Shown: positions 37,578 to 47,959, counted from the first letter of the stretch. The stretch is 64,000 bases of DNA from a virus (IMGVR_UViG_3300025730_000007:21195-85194), one strand, 5' to 3'. Program-made: numbers and translations. The notes: generated from the letters alone by a model not told the origin.

Positions 37578-38603
37578 ATGGCACCCAAGAGCAAGCGGCA
37601 CGTCTTCGACCCGGCCTTGATTCAGGACATCATGACCGGAATCCCCGGTTCTGATGGGCGTATCTGGGTGTCATACGGCACGGTCGAACTCGACGAGAAC
37701 CTTGAGGGGGAGGAGGACCGTGCTCTCACCTTCGATGAGGATGCCGGCCCACTCGTCGAGGTTCGATTGCAACCTTCCGACAAGGTGGTTACTTGCCGCG
37801 TCGCTACTCCGGTGTCGGGGGTGCTCCAGAGTCAATGGGTGCCACTCGTCGGAGGCGATGAGGTGGTTGTGGTGTTGCCCATGGGCCAGGAGCAGTCTCC
37901 CCCCGTGGTCATTGCGCGTCTCAACAACGCTCTCGACAAGTTCCCAGAGAAGGTCGCCGGCAAGGATGCGCGTCAGAACAACATCGCATTCACCCGCACA
38001 CAGACCCCCACCATCATCGAGGCTGGAAGCCTCTACATGATACGCTCCGCGCAGACTGGCGCGCTCATTGGCATTGACGAGGAAGGCAACGTCACTGTCC
38101 GTGATGGCAACTCGACCGGATTCCAGTTCGGCCCGAGCGGCTTCGCGGTACAGGACGCCGATGGCACGGGGCAGATAACCCTCAACACTGAGGAGAGCTA
38201 TGCGTCAATCTGGTGGCAGAGTACGGTGCTCAAGCTCGACGGCACCGACATCAACCTTGCGGCGAGCGGCAACGTGGCAATCGGCAGCGCTGGCAATACC
38301 CCCGTTCTGCACGGCATGGCGAGTGAGCAAGCCGTCAACCTCTTGGTCAGTTACACTCAAGTCCTCGCCGCTGCTCTCAACCTCATTGGGCCGACCCCAT
38401 TGACTGGTTCGGGGCTCGCTACCGTGGTTGACCCAGCGGGAGCCGGCATGGCCCTCATAACGGCGGCGATTGCGCTTGCCGGGTCCAACGGGGCTCCCAC
38501 CCTCACCGCTGCTCTTGCGGCCCTCACAGCGGCTCTACAGGGGCCGGCCCCGACTACCCCCCTCACTCCCGGCGTAGGTTGCGCCGGCTTCATCATCAGT
38601 TAG
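37578..38603 (+). CDS. baseplate spike (gpV/gp45-like)
   Basis: OB-fold-like N-terminus (PLVGGDEVVVVLPMGQ..PVVIA) then beta-helix-like repeats. Confidence 0.65.
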   Translation: MAPKSKRHVFDPALIQDIMTGIPGSDGRIWVSYGTVELDENLEGEEDRALTFDEDAGPLVEVRLQPSDKVVTCRVATPVSGVLQSQWVPLVGGDEVVVVLPMGQEQSPPVVIARLNNALDKFPEKVAGKDARQNNIAFTRTQTPTIIEAGSLYMIRSAQTGALIGIDEEGNVTVRDGNSTGFQFGPSGFAVQDADGTGQITLNTEESYASIWWQSTVLKLDGTDINLAASGNVAIGSAGNTPVLHGMASEQAVNLLVSYTQVLAAALNLIGPTPLTGSGLATVVDPAGAGMALITAAIALAGSNGAPTLTAALAALTAALQGPAPTTPLTPGVGCAGFIIS

Positions 38604-38610
38604 GTGCGCC

Positions 38611-38925
38611 ATGGGAAGCCCCCCACCCAAGTCAGAGCCACCCCCCGAGGAGCAGGATGTCGTCGATGCTGGCGTCGACTTCGACCCGGAGCCGCCGACC
38701 GCTGCGTCGTTGTGTGGGTTCAAGTTCCCACCATCGTTCACGTTCTTCTTCAGCTTCAACTTGCCGGCCTTGCCGGCTTGTTTGCTGGACCCTCTGTCGT
38801 GTATTCCGTTCCCGTGGTTGTCACTCAATTGCGACCTCTCCAACCCCGTCAGCGTAGGGTGGGGAGGTGGCAAGGAGCCAACGGTGGACGACGAGGACAA
38901 TACAGAGGACAATCCCTACGATTGA
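38611..38925 (+). CDS. small baseplate-module protein
   Basis: Tiled ORF after the spike; Cys/Pro/Phe-rich core. Confidence 0.5.
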   Translation: MGSPPPKSEPPPEEQDVVDAGVDFDPEPPTAASLCGFKFPPSFTFFFSFNLPALPACLLDPLSCIPFPWLSLNCDLSNPVSVGWGGGKEPTVDDEDNTEDNPYD

Positions 38926-38965
38926 CGCACAACCGCAACACGTATTGCGGTGGATGAGGTAGGCA

Positions 38966-39841
38966 ATGAGCACTGGAGATTGGGGAGTAGATAGCTGGGG
39001 AATCGGCCCGTGGGGTGGAGAGGAAGCCCCCACTCCCCATGCGACCGTGGAGGCTATCCGCGAGAACGTGGTGAGGGCTACGTTCGAGAGCAATCTCCTG
39101 CTCACTGGACTACTCGACCGCAAGGACTCCCTCAATCGGGTTCACTACTTCGTAGGGGAGCAGTCGGGGCAAGGGCTCGACGACCAACCCGCGCAGACCG
39201 TGGGGGTCATTCTGGTGGAAGCCGTCAGTGGCGACCCGCGTAGCGTCGACATCTACGTTGACCGGCCCTTCACCCACTATCCTTCACTCTACGTTCTCCG
39301 CTGCGTCAATATGTACGATGCCGGGGGTGCGTTGTTTGCCGACGTCATCAACGAGAGCTTCTACGGATTGAGGGGTACGTTCGAGAAGCCTGTTCCAGAG
39401 ACGTATGCCCCCGATGGCACTCGGGACTTCGCCAACCCTTCAACCAAGGATGCCTTGTTCGACCCGTTGCCCGACATCAGTTTCACCAACCTGGGAACCT
39501 TCCCGTATGGCGATGATGGCGACTACGGGTATGACGAGGGGGTGGAGAACCTCAAGAAGCGCGTCATTCGGCGTTGCGTTGTCAGGCCGGGGGGCTTCGT
39601 GTGGTTGCAAGGCTACGGGGTGGGGATTGCCGAGGAAGGCAAGAAGCTCAACAACGCTGCGAGGCGGGAACGGCTCAAAGCCAGCATCAAGAACCAAGTG
39701 CTACAGGAGCCCGATGTCCGCTACGTGCAAGTCAACATCAAGTATCTGCCGAGTACGCCGGGGATTACTTGGTTCATCATCAAGGTGATTACGACGGTGA
39801 ACAAGGCATTCAAGTTCGACGTTCCGTTCGTCGGATTCTAG
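38966..39841 (+). CDS. baseplate wedge protein (gp25/gpW-like C-terminus)
   Basis: C-terminal GYGVGI...IKNQVLQEPDVRYVQV pattern. Confidence 0.6.
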   Translation: MSTGDWGVDSWGIGPWGGEEAPTPHATVEAIRENVVRATFESNLLLTGLLDRKDSLNRVHYFVGEQSGQGLDDQPAQTVGVILVEAVSGDPRSVDIYVDRPFTHYPSLYVLRCVNMYDAGGALFADVINESFYGLRGTFEKPVPETYAPDGTRDFANPSTKDALFDPLPDISFTNLGTFPYGDDGDYGYDEGVENLKKRVIRRCVVRPGGFVWLQGYGVGIAEEGKKLNNAARRERLKASIKNQVLQEPDVRYVQVNIKYLPSTPGITWFIIKVITTVNKAFKFDVPFVGF

Positions 39842-39851
39842 GAGTCAGTCA

Positions 39852-40961
39852 ATGCCAGACCTACCGACCAGACTGGACCTCTTCTCCATCGGGCGGAACT
39901 ACATCCACCAGAGGGCAAAGAAGGTCGACCCGGCGCAAGTGGACATCGTTGGAAGCGATGCCAATCTGTTCGTTGGTTCCACCTCATACATCGCCCGTGA
40001 GGTGGTCAATCAGATCGTCTCCGAGGTTGCGTCTCTGTTGCTCGATAGTGCGGAGAAGGAGTACCTCGACCGCTACGCATGGGACCGCTATCAACTCCCG
40101 CGCAAGGGGGCGAGTGCGGGGTACGGTGAAGTCACCTTCTACCGGGACTCCACCGCTGCGGGAGCGGGGAGTGTGCCAATCGGCACCGTCGTCAAGACCA
40201 AGACCGGCATCGAATACATCACCACGAGCACGGCAACCTTCGGCCCAACCACGGGCGAGGCGAATGCGTATGTCAAGAGCGTGCAAGCCGGCAAGGCTCA
40301 GCAAGCGGGGGCGAATGCCATCCGCCTCATTGCCGACCCCAAGTCACTCTGGGATACCTCGCTCAAGGTCAACAACGCAGAGCCAACCGCTCACGCCGAG
40401 GACGCCGAGAGCGACCCCGTGTTCCGTGAGCGTATCCGAGACTTCTGGGCCGCTGCTCGCCGTGGCACCTTGGGTGCCATTGCCTACGGTGCAAGGCGGG
40501 TCGCAGGGGTGGAGAGCGCGAATGCGATTGAGGCATTGACACCCGAGCCCAACCCGGCCCGAGTGGTCAATCTCTACATCGCAGACTCAAGCGGCATTGC
40601 CTCACTCGCCATTGCAACGCAAGTGCAAGCAGAACTGATGGAGTGGAGAGCCGGGGGCATCACGGTCATCGTGTATACGTGCTCGGTTCAAACTGTCCCC
40701 GTGAAGCTGAAGCTCAAGTTCAATGCGGGAGTGGTGACGGCTCCCGTCGTCGAGCGAATCCGCGCTACCACGGTCGAGACAATCAACAAGGGTGGAGCCA
40801 ATGAGACGCTCCTCCGTGGCTCTCTGTTCGCCATGCTTGAGATGTTCAAGCCTGCCGGACTGATACCCGACCAGGACACCATCGTTGAACCGGCGGGTGA
40901 CGTGGTTCCGGCGCAAGGCAAGACACTGAGGACGACCATCGACGACGTGACGGTGCTCTGA
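39852..40961 (+). CDS. baseplate J-like protein
   Basis: YLDRYA..RKGASAGYGEVTF..VPIGTVV..ESDPVFRERI..RGTLGAI. Confidence 0.8.
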   Translation: MPDLPTRLDLFSIGRNYIHQRAKKVDPAQVDIVGSDANLFVGSTSYIAREVVNQIVSEVASLLLDSAEKEYLDRYAWDRYQLPRKGASAGYGEVTFYRDSTAAGAGSVPIGTVVKTKTGIEYITTSTATFGPTTGEANAYVKSVQAGKAQQAGANAIRLIADPKSLWDTSLKVNNAEPTAHAEDAESDPVFRERIRDFWAAARRGTLGAIAYGARRVAGVESANAIEALTPEPNPARVVNLYIADSSGIASLAIATQVQAELMEWRAGGITVIVYTCSVQTVPVKLKLKFNAGVVTAPVVERIRATTVETINKGGANETLLRGSLFAMLEMFKPAGLIPDQDTIVEPAGDVVPAQGKTLRTTIDDVTVL

Positions 40962-42766
40962 TGCCTGGATATTACACACGAGAAGACTTGCTCCAACTCT
41001 GGGTCGACTCGACCGACAAGAGCTACAATCGCCCGTTCATCGAGAAGGGGGACGGGGCCGGGTTGGAGGTGTTCAATCAGGCATGGGCTCAGTTCGAGCG
41101 TGTCAGTCTCGCAATCCGCAACACGTTCCAAGCGCTCTACATCTTGCCGTGGAGCGGGCAGACGGCGGAGCCGGCGAGTGGCGAGCGCTTCGCTACGGTG
41201 CAACTCAAGCTCACTCGCGACCCCACCATCGCCCCTTCCCTCTTCGTGCGGATGCCCGAGGGCGTCATTGCCCTTGAGCGGACCTTCGACCATAGCGAGC
41301 AAGGGTCGGTCGAAGTGCTCACTGGCCGGGAGTATGCAATCGAGTCCCCGATCTACTGGCTCCCCGGCAACGTGACTGAGCAGTATCGACAAGCGGTCTG
41401 CACGACATCGGGGTGGGGAGGAAACAACCCCCTTCCAGAAACCATCACTGTCTGGCGGCAGAATGGCAAGCAACTGAATGGCACGCGCGCGAACGTCGAG
41501 TGTGCCGTGCCTCGTTGCTCTGTTGTCGCGTTGCTCGGTGGCGACGGCTTCATTCCTTCACACGTCGGGCAGTATCTCCAGTTCAGTTCGGGTTACAACG
41601 CGGGAGTCATCCGGCGCATTGCGGCTCAGTACACTCCCACCCCCAACGACTCTGGGAGAGCGGAGTTGGAGAGTACGCTCTTGCTCTATGTGAGCGGCGC
41701 AGTCGGCACCTTCCAAGCCGGGGAGACAATCATCCATGGAGGCACGGGGGCCAAGGGGGTTGTCATTCACTACGATGCCCCGAGCGGCTTGCTCGTGGTG
41801 GAGCGGACTGGCGGAGTCTTCGACCTCGCCGGCCCTCCCGTGGTTACGGGGGACACGTCGGGGGCGACTGCCACCTTGGACGCGATGAACCTGGAGGGCT
41901 TGCTCGTTGCGCTTGTGGTCGGCCCCGTTCCCGTGCCGTTTGAGCTATACGAGAATGTCACTCAGGCTGTCAGTGGCGCGAGTGGCACCTTCGCCCTCTA
42001 TGCCAACTCGACCATCTACATCAAGCCGGCATCGGGGCCGGCGTTCGACGCGGTGAACACCATCACCGGAGGCACCTCGGGTGCGACTGCCACCCCTACC
42101 ATCGCTGGATATGACCCGATGCTCGTGCCCGAGCCAGGGCAGACGGCAGGGTGGGGAATGATGGAGTGGGATGCCGAGTTGGGGATTGAGGTGCTCAATG
42201 AGGAACAACCGGATGGGGGTCGCTCTGCCATGCTCGACGAGCTTGGGTTGGAGAAGAACATGCCCCGCATCCAAGGCGAGGGCGATGATGCGTACCGTGA
42301 CCGCATCAGCAAGCCGGCAGACGTGGTGAGCCCGAACGCTATCATTCGAGCAATGATACGAGGGCTCGACCCGCTTGGAGTGACAGGGTGTTTCCGCGAG
42401 GTCGGGCAACCGCTGCTCAAGGGCTTCTTCTACGACGTAGACCCGGCCCTTGCGCACGAGTTCGCCTTCGCCTACGACATGGACCCCGTGGTGCGACCCT
42501 CCGACCGTTGGAAGGTCTATCTCGACTATGCATCATTCCGCGCCTTCTTCCTCATAGGGATTCCACCGACCTCCCACGGCGAGTTCGGCTTCGCGTATGA
42601 CAACCACCCTCTGGGCGCGTATGATAGCTTCCCGACACTGACCTTCTACGATGGTTATGCCGTGCTGACTGCCAACGCTCTGAAGGCACTATGGGCCGAC
42701 ATCAACAACCGCAAGGCCGGAGGCGTCGGCTTTGAGTTCTACCAAGAAACCGATGGGTGCGTGTGA
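40961..42766 (+). CDS. baseplate wedge (gpI/gp48-like) with inserted repeat domains
   Basis: TGATG coupling; LDELG..RIQGEGDDAYRDRI; internal FQAGETI..GTGAKG / FELYENVTQAVSGASG repeats. Confidence 0.55.
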   Translation: MPGYYTREDLLQLWVDSTDKSYNRPFIEKGDGAGLEVFNQAWAQFERVSLAIRNTFQALYILPWSGQTAEPASGERFATVQLKLTRDPTIAPSLFVRMPEGVIALERTFDHSEQGSVEVLTGREYAIESPIYWLPGNVTEQYRQAVCTTSGWGGNNPLPETITVWRQNGKQLNGTRANVECAVPRCSVVALLGGDGFIPSHVGQYLQFSSGYNAGVIRRIAAQYTPTPNDSGRAELESTLLLYVSGAVGTFQAGETIIHGGTGAKGVVIHYDAPSGLLVVERTGGVFDLAGPPVVTGDTSGATATLDAMNLEGLLVALVVGPVPVPFELYENVTQAVSGASGTFALYANSTIYIKPASGPAFDAVNTITGGTSGATATPTIAGYDPMLVPEPGQTAGWGMMEWDAELGIEVLNEEQPDGGRSAMLDELGLEKNMPRIQGEGDDAYRDRISKPADVVSPNAIIRAMIRGLDPLGVTGCFREVGQPLLKGFFYDVDPALAHEFAFAYDMDPVVRPSDRWKVYLDYASFRAFFLIGIPPTSHGEFGFAYDNHPLGAYDSFPTLTFYDGYAVLTANALKALWADINNRKAGGVGFEFYQETDGCV

Positions 42767-43029
42767 TGGCTGACGAGATCAAGCTCCCCGAGACTGGTAT
42801 GCACAAGTCGCTTCGCGATGGGCTGGAGAAGCTCCTCAATGGGGGGCAAGCCCCGAAAGCGTATCCAACCGGAGTGAAGCCCTCAGAACGGGGTGTTCGC
42901 CTCAAGGCGATGTACCCGCAGATTGAGCGGGTGATGAACCTCAGTCACGTCGACACCGAACTGACGCCCGAGCAAGCCGAGGCACTCGCCAAGGCGGAAC
43001 GGTGCGTTGCCAACCCTCGCCGCAAGTAA
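42766..43029 (+). CDS. hypothetical protein
   Basis: TGATG coupling. Confidence 0.55.
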   Translation: MADEIKLPETGMHKSLRDGLEKLLNGGQAPKAYPTGVKPSERGVRLKAMYPQIERVMNLSHVDTELTPEQAEALAKAERCVANPRRK

Positions 43030-43074
43030 CACTGAGCGCTCCACCGCAATACGTGTTGCGGTGAGGAGGACACC

Positions 43075-44670
43075 ATGACCGTTGGAAGCAGAGATGTCGT
43101 CATCAACAACCTGGAGCGCGCGGTAAGCACCGACATCAACCGGCTCCAGACCTTCAAGGACGCGGCCCTCAGTCAGCTTGCGAATTGGTTGTTCGGAGTC
43201 CAGCAACTCAACACTGAGTTGTTCCCCGGCTTCATCACTCAATTCCCTCCGGGGGCGCTCGACCCGTACCAGAACAGCGTCATCGTCAATGGACTGATGC
43301 CCTATCCCCTCAACGGCTCCGTTGATATGTTCGTGTCGCCGGGGCTCGCGTTCATGGAGGATGGAGGCTACACGGCAGACCAGAGCCCGTTCCGCTACGT
43401 GGACGACCCCGGCATAAGTGCCATTGGGACGCTTCAGTTGACGCCGGCCCCCGGCGCAACCCGCATCGACGTCATCGAGTGTGCGCTCATCGAGAACGTA
43501 CTCGAACAGAGCAACCGAGACATCTACAACCCCGCAACCGGGTTGTTCACTCCGGTGCTCGTCGACAAGGTGAAGGCGGGAAGGCTTCAATACCGCATCC
43601 GCGAAGGTGCGCCGGGAGATGGCTTCCCCGGAGTCGTCTCTGGGTGGTTGCCGCTCGCGGTTGTCAGTGTGCCCTCTGCCGCTGCGACGTGGGATGATTG
43701 CACCCTATGGGACGTTCGCCCGCTACTCAGTGCAACCCACAAGCCCCCCTTCGTCAATTGGCTCCAAGACACCTCGTCGCAGACACACTGGTCGACAGCG
43801 GAGTGGAATGCCGCGTTCACTGAGCTACGCGTGACCGGCAAGATGGTCAATGGGCTCGGCCCCTACAATCAGTCGGGGCTACTCGGCAATCACCCGACTG
43901 ACGTGCCGTGGATCGACTTGGCGAATGCGGCGAATTGGGCGGCAGGAGCCGTGCCGATTGCCGGGTTCCCCTACTATCTCTGGGCACTGACACCCTTCAA
44001 TCTGCCAGGGTGGCGCAAGTATACCGGCATCAGCTTCAATCCTCGCCGCCCGACTGGCATGGCCGGCGTGATGGCGGTCAGCATGGTTGCCCCGACAGCG
44101 CGAGGGTTCCCGAGCTTGCCTATCTCTCCGCCGACAGCAACGGGGCTCGGTGGTAGCACTCAGATCGGCAGCATCGCGGCTTGTGGGGTAGTCGATTCCG
44201 GGGCAATTGGACAACCGTTCGCCTCTGACGGCGATTGGGTTCACCAAGGGCAAGACTTGCCTACCATCTCCCCCGTAGCGACTGCTCCCGTCAGCGGTGT
44301 AGGGACAAGCCGATACAACTTCGTCGACAACATCCTCTATCCGGCGAGTGCCCGAGCCATCAGGTTCACGTTCGCAAGGGCATACGCTCTCGGTGTCAGT
44401 CCGACGAACGGATATCTCTATTACACCGTTCGCCTCGTCGATACCATCACTGGCAACGACATCGCCGTCATTGGCTATGGTGAGAAGTCAATTCACCTTC
44501 CGCTTGGAATTGGCACCGTTCAGATCGACATCGAGGTTCCGTTGTTCTTCAATTACGCGCTCGTGGGTACGAGGCGCATTGAGATCGACTTCTATACAAC
44601 ATGGTCGACGGCGGCTCCTGCCGTGGGGATTGAGCTTGGCGTTGTTCCAGCTTGGAAGATGACACCCTGA
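43075..44670 (+). CDS. tail fibre / receptor-binding protein candidate
   Basis: GAGGAGG RBS; position after the baseplate; TPAPGATRIDVIE resembles fibre N-terminal modules. Confidence 0.5.
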   Translation: MTVGSRDVVINNLERAVSTDINRLQTFKDAALSQLANWLFGVQQLNTELFPGFITQFPPGALDPYQNSVIVNGLMPYPLNGSVDMFVSPGLAFMEDGGYTADQSPFRYVDDPGISAIGTLQLTPAPGATRIDVIECALIENVLEQSNRDIYNPATGLFTPVLVDKVKAGRLQYRIREGAPGDGFPGVVSGWLPLAVVSVPSAAATWDDCTLWDVRPLLSATHKPPFVNWLQDTSSQTHWSTAEWNAAFTELRVTGKMVNGLGPYNQSGLLGNHPTDVPWIDLANAANWAAGAVPIAGFPYYLWALTPFNLPGWRKYTGISFNPRRPTGMAGVMAVSMVAPTARGFPSLPISPPTATGLGGSTQIGSIAACGVVDSGAIGQPFASDGDWVHQGQDLPTISPVATAPVSGVGTSRYNFVDNILYPASARAIRFTFARAYALGVSPTNGYLYYTVRLVDTITGNDIAVIGYGEKSIHLPLGIGTVQIDIEVPLFFNYALVGTRRIEIDFYTTWSTAAPAVGIELGVVPAWKMTP

Positions 44671-44685
44671 CCAACGGAGGGGGAC

Positions 44686-45612
44686 ATGGCAGAGGTCGAA
44701 CGCAAGGTGACACTCTTCTCCGAGGTGGAGTTGGCTGAGGCGCTGACTCTCGCCTACGAGAAGGTCTTTGGAACCAAGCCGACAATCCGCACCATCACCA
44801 ACGCGTGGAGTCAGTGTGCGCTTGAGTGTGGCCGAGACGGCAAGGGCAACATCAGCAAGTGTCGCAATTACAATCTCGGCAACATCACCATCACTCTGGC
44901 ACAAGCCAACGCGGGGCGAGACTACTGGACACTCCGGTGCAAGGAGCAACTCCGCGACAAGGCCGGCAAGCTGACCGGCGAGTGGAAGTGGTTTGATATG
45001 CGGTTCGCCGCCAACTCCACTCTGCTCGATGGGGCCGTTCACTACTGGACGTTCTTTGCCGCTGCGAAGCGCAAGGTGGCGCTCGATGCAATGAGGAACG
45101 GTGGACCCAAGGAGTTCACCGATGCACTCGCGGCAATCTGGTACATGACCGCCAACCCCGAGCACTATCTCAAGGGGCTCAATACCCTCGCCCCCATCGC
45201 CGCCAAGTCGGTCGAGACGGCGTTCGCCAACCTTGCCGCTCCCCCGGCCCCCGAACCACCCGCAACCCCCCCGGCAGAGCCCGAGGATGCCTCTACAGAG
45301 CCCGAGGGGGACCAACCCCCGGCCCAACCCCCCGAGCCTACCCCCGAGCCTCCCACGGGCTCTACAGGGGCAAGCCCTGCGGATACCCCGGAGGAGCTAT
45401 TCTGGCCCGAGCCCCCGGTCCCCGATGCCACCCCGATGCTCAGTCCCGAAGCCGACCATGACCGGGAGAGCGGGATGGTCCCCGTGGTCCACCTCAATCA
45501 GTCTGCATGGGACCAGTTCGTGCTCTGGTTCATTGCCCTGTTCACTCGATTCATACATGCTTTCAGGAAAGGCTCCTCCACAGATGGCAACGTGTCCAGC
45601 GACGGAAAGTGA
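44686..45612 (+). CDS. endolysin candidate, GH73 glucosaminidase-like, with Pro-rich linker and C-terminal hydrophobic helix
   Basis: SQCALECG..NYNLGNI..FAAN..GAVHYW..YMTANPEHY pattern; WDQFVLWFIALF tail. Confidence 0.55.
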   Translation: MAEVERKVTLFSEVELAEALTLAYEKVFGTKPTIRTITNAWSQCALECGRDGKGNISKCRNYNLGNITITLAQANAGRDYWTLRCKEQLRDKAGKLTGEWKWFDMRFAANSTLLDGAVHYWTFFAAAKRKVALDAMRNGGPKEFTDALAAIWYMTANPEHYLKGLNTLAPIAAKSVETAFANLAAPPAPEPPATPPAEPEDASTEPEGDQPPAQPPEPTPEPPTGSTGASPADTPEELFWPEPPVPDATPMLSPEADHDRESGMVPVVHLNQSAWDQFVLWFIALFTRFIHAFRKGSSTDGNVSSDGK

Positions 45613-45619
45613 TTGTGTC

Positions 45620-46180
45620 ATGCTGCCCGTCATCCAAGACCTGAGCGCGAGGGTTGAGGGCATCGAAAAGGCTCAGTCGCAAGAGGGGGAGAAGACAAGG
45701 GCAATCGTCTCCGGTGTATCGACGAAGGTCGACCGTGTTGATGCGAAGCTCGACCGCGTGATTGAGGGGTTGAGAATCGGAGCAATCGTTCCGGCTCCCG
45801 TCGAGCGTAAGGAGCACGGAAACGGCAATGGCAAGCATCCCCCACCTTCCAACCAGAGGCGCGAGTCACTCATCAGTTGGAGTACCGACGAAGACACTGG
45901 CCTCCACGCTGCGCCGACATGGGCAAGCAGAGCCCGAGATACGGTGAGCCTCTTGGAAGCCGTTGACGGGGAGCGTGAGCGGCTCGCAATCGAGAACGCG
46001 GCGCTCAAAGCACGCATGTCGGAGCGCGAGAAGCAGAACGGCATTGCGCGTGAGGACAAGCAACGGTCGAGCGACATGACTCTCAAGAAGTGGCAGATCA
46101 TCGCTGGACTAGTCACTACCATTCTGGGCTCAGGGCTCATCACCGCACTCATCTCCTACCTTGCAACGGGACACCCATGA
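45620..46180 (+). CDS. coiled-coil membrane protein
   Basis: Coiled coils and C-terminal TM segment IIAGLVTTILGSGLITALISYL. Confidence 0.6.
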   Translation: MLPVIQDLSARVEGIEKAQSQEGEKTRAIVSGVSTKVDRVDAKLDRVIEGLRIGAIVPAPVERKEHGNGNGKHPPPSNQRRESLISWSTDEDTGLHAAPTWASRARDTVSLLEAVDGERERLAIENAALKARMSEREKQNGIAREDKQRSSDMTLKKWQIIAGLVTTILGSGLITALISYLATGHP

Positions 46181-46434
46181 ACATCGACACAAGCCCCACG
46201 GGACCGCTCTCCTTCCTCTACAGTCGGAAGGCTTGGGTGGCAGTCGCGGTCATTGCCGCGTGCTCGGTTCTCTTCTACCTCGGGAAGATTGACGCCGAGC
46301 AACTGACCGACATGCTCAAGCACATATTCACCGTCTGGGTGGGAGCGATGGCGGTAGAGAAGGGGGCCAAGGCAATCGGAACCAAGACAACGGTCGAGAA
46401 CACGGTCGTTCAGAACAAGGAGGCAGACAAGTGA
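46177..46434 (+). CDS. holin-like protein
   Basis: 85 aa; two hydrophobic segments; SRK before TM1; charged tail. Confidence 0.55.
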   Translation: MNIDTSPTGPLSFLYSRKAWVAVAVIAACSVLFYLGKIDAEQLTDMLKHIFTVWVGAMAVEKGAKAIGTKTTVENTVVQNKEADK

Positions 46435-46865
46435 ACAAGGCATTCCTCATCCTGCTCGCCCTCGTGGCGTTGCTCTCAGTCACCGCTTGCGGAAGCTACT
46501 TGAGCGAGGTGTGTGGCGAGGCGATGGCAGTCACCACTCAGCTACAGAGCACTCTGGCCGACGCGCAACGTGCGAGAGCGGACCTCGACAAGAGTGGCAT
46601 TCGTGACAAGCTACCCCCGGCGCAGAAGGCACTCTACGACAAGGCGCTCGGTATGGCCGACGAGGGCTACCGCCTAGCGGTCGAGACACTCGCCGCTGTC
46701 ACTGACGCGTGCAACCCGCCTGACGTGCGCAAGGGCATCGACCTCATCATCAAGGCATGGGATATCCTCGTGCCCATTCTGGGCTTGATAGGGGGTGAGG
46801 GCACACCCAAGGTTCAACCCCCTATGGTCTGGTCGCACGCTCGCACGGCGGGAGGTGCGCCGTGA
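46431..46865 (+). CDS. lipoprotein
   Basis: MNKAFLILLALVALLSVTA-C lipobox. Confidence 0.7.
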   Translation: MNKAFLILLALVALLSVTACGSYLSEVCGEAMAVTTQLQSTLADAQRARADLDKSGIRDKLPPAQKALYDKALGMADEGYRLAVETLAAVTDACNPPDVRKGIDLIIKAWDILVPILGLIGGEGTPKVQPPMVWSHARTAGGAP

Positions 46866-47680
46866 CTGACGGTCCCGTGCTGACCAAGGGGGGCAAGGGG
46901 CTCGGATGCGTGCGAATGTGGGAGAGGGACTCCCGCGCAAAGAAGTTCCCTGCTCACGTCCTCATCGGCTCCGGTTCGACTCCAAGCAAGTCGGACATGA
47001 CGGGGCTCATCTTCGTGCCCCCCGGCTTCACGCACCCCGACCAGGAGAATCTCCAAGAGTGTGTCGGGTGGTCGCTCTGCGGCTCAATCTATGTGCGTCA
47101 GAAGGCAATGGGGCTCAAGCCCGTAGAGCCGTCGCCGGGGGCTATCTACTATCAAGCTCGCGCCAGAGCCTACGGGTGGCGCAACATCTGGGACGGGGGG
47201 TGCAATCCGAATGAGGCATGGCAAGCCCTCAAAGAGCGCGGAGTGGTGCTCTACAACGACTGGCCCCATGACCCCAAGTCGGTGAACAAGGCATTCCCGA
47301 GCGCGTACCGGAAAGCCGCTGACCATCGGTGGCTTCAGTATCATTGGGTTCTGCGCAACGGCTCTGCCCGTACCAAGGAGGGGACGGGGCTACTCGGCAG
47401 CAAGCGTCCGCTCTCCGTGGCACTCACCATTGACCAGGGGATGGAGGACTGGCGACCAGGAATGGCACCTTGGAAGCGAACCGGCCCCATCGTTGGGGGG
47501 CATGCCGTGCTCATTGTCGGGCACGAGACACTCGCCAACGGCCAAGTCGTGTTCGTGTATTGCAACTCATGGGGCAAGGCATGGGGAGACAACGGCTTCG
47601 GGTTGCTCTCGCAAGAGGCATTCGAGTCCCCGGAGACGTCCTACATCGCAACCCCCGACATCGACGGGAGACTGGTATGA
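46862..47680 (+). CDS. papain-family (C1) cysteine peptidase
   Basis: DQ...ECVGWS (oxyanion Gln and catalytic Cys), GGHAVLIVG, NSWGKAWGDNGF. Confidence 0.85.
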   Translation: MTDGPVLTKGGKGLGCVRMWERDSRAKKFPAHVLIGSGSTPSKSDMTGLIFVPPGFTHPDQENLQECVGWSLCGSIYVRQKAMGLKPVEPSPGAIYYQARARAYGWRNIWDGGCNPNEAWQALKERGVVLYNDWPHDPKSVNKAFPSAYRKAADHRWLQYHWVLRNGSARTKEGTGLLGSKRPLSVALTIDQGMEDWRPGMAPWKRTGPIVGGHAVLIVGHETLANGQVVFVYCNSWGKAWGDNGFGLLSQEAFESPETSYIATPDIDGRLV

Positions 47681-47955
47681 AGCGCATCGTTCTACTCGCC
47701 GCACTCTTGCTCAGTGCGTGTTCCCCCAAGCCCGACCCCGTGTCTCCTGCCGCAACGACTGATTGCGAAGGAGCATGCAAGCAACTCGATTCTCTCGGAT
47801 GCGAGGAAGCCAAGCCGAGCCCCGAGCAAGGTGTTCCGTGCGTGAAGTGGTGTGGCGACTACCACGCTGACGACTACATGCCTCCGTGGAGCGAGTGTGT
47901 CAGCAAGGCAACCTCCGTCGAAGCTGTGAGGGCTTGCGGACTGAAGTGCGAGTGA
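47677..47955 (+). CDS. Cys-rich lipoprotein
   Basis: MKRIVLLAALLLSA-C lipobox; eight further Cys residues. Confidence 0.7.
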   Translation: MKRIVLLAALLLSACSPKPDPVSPAATTDCEGACKQLDSLGCEEAKPSPEQGVPCVKWCGDYHADDYMPPWSECVSKATSVEAVRACGLKCE

Positions 47956-47959
47956 CACC

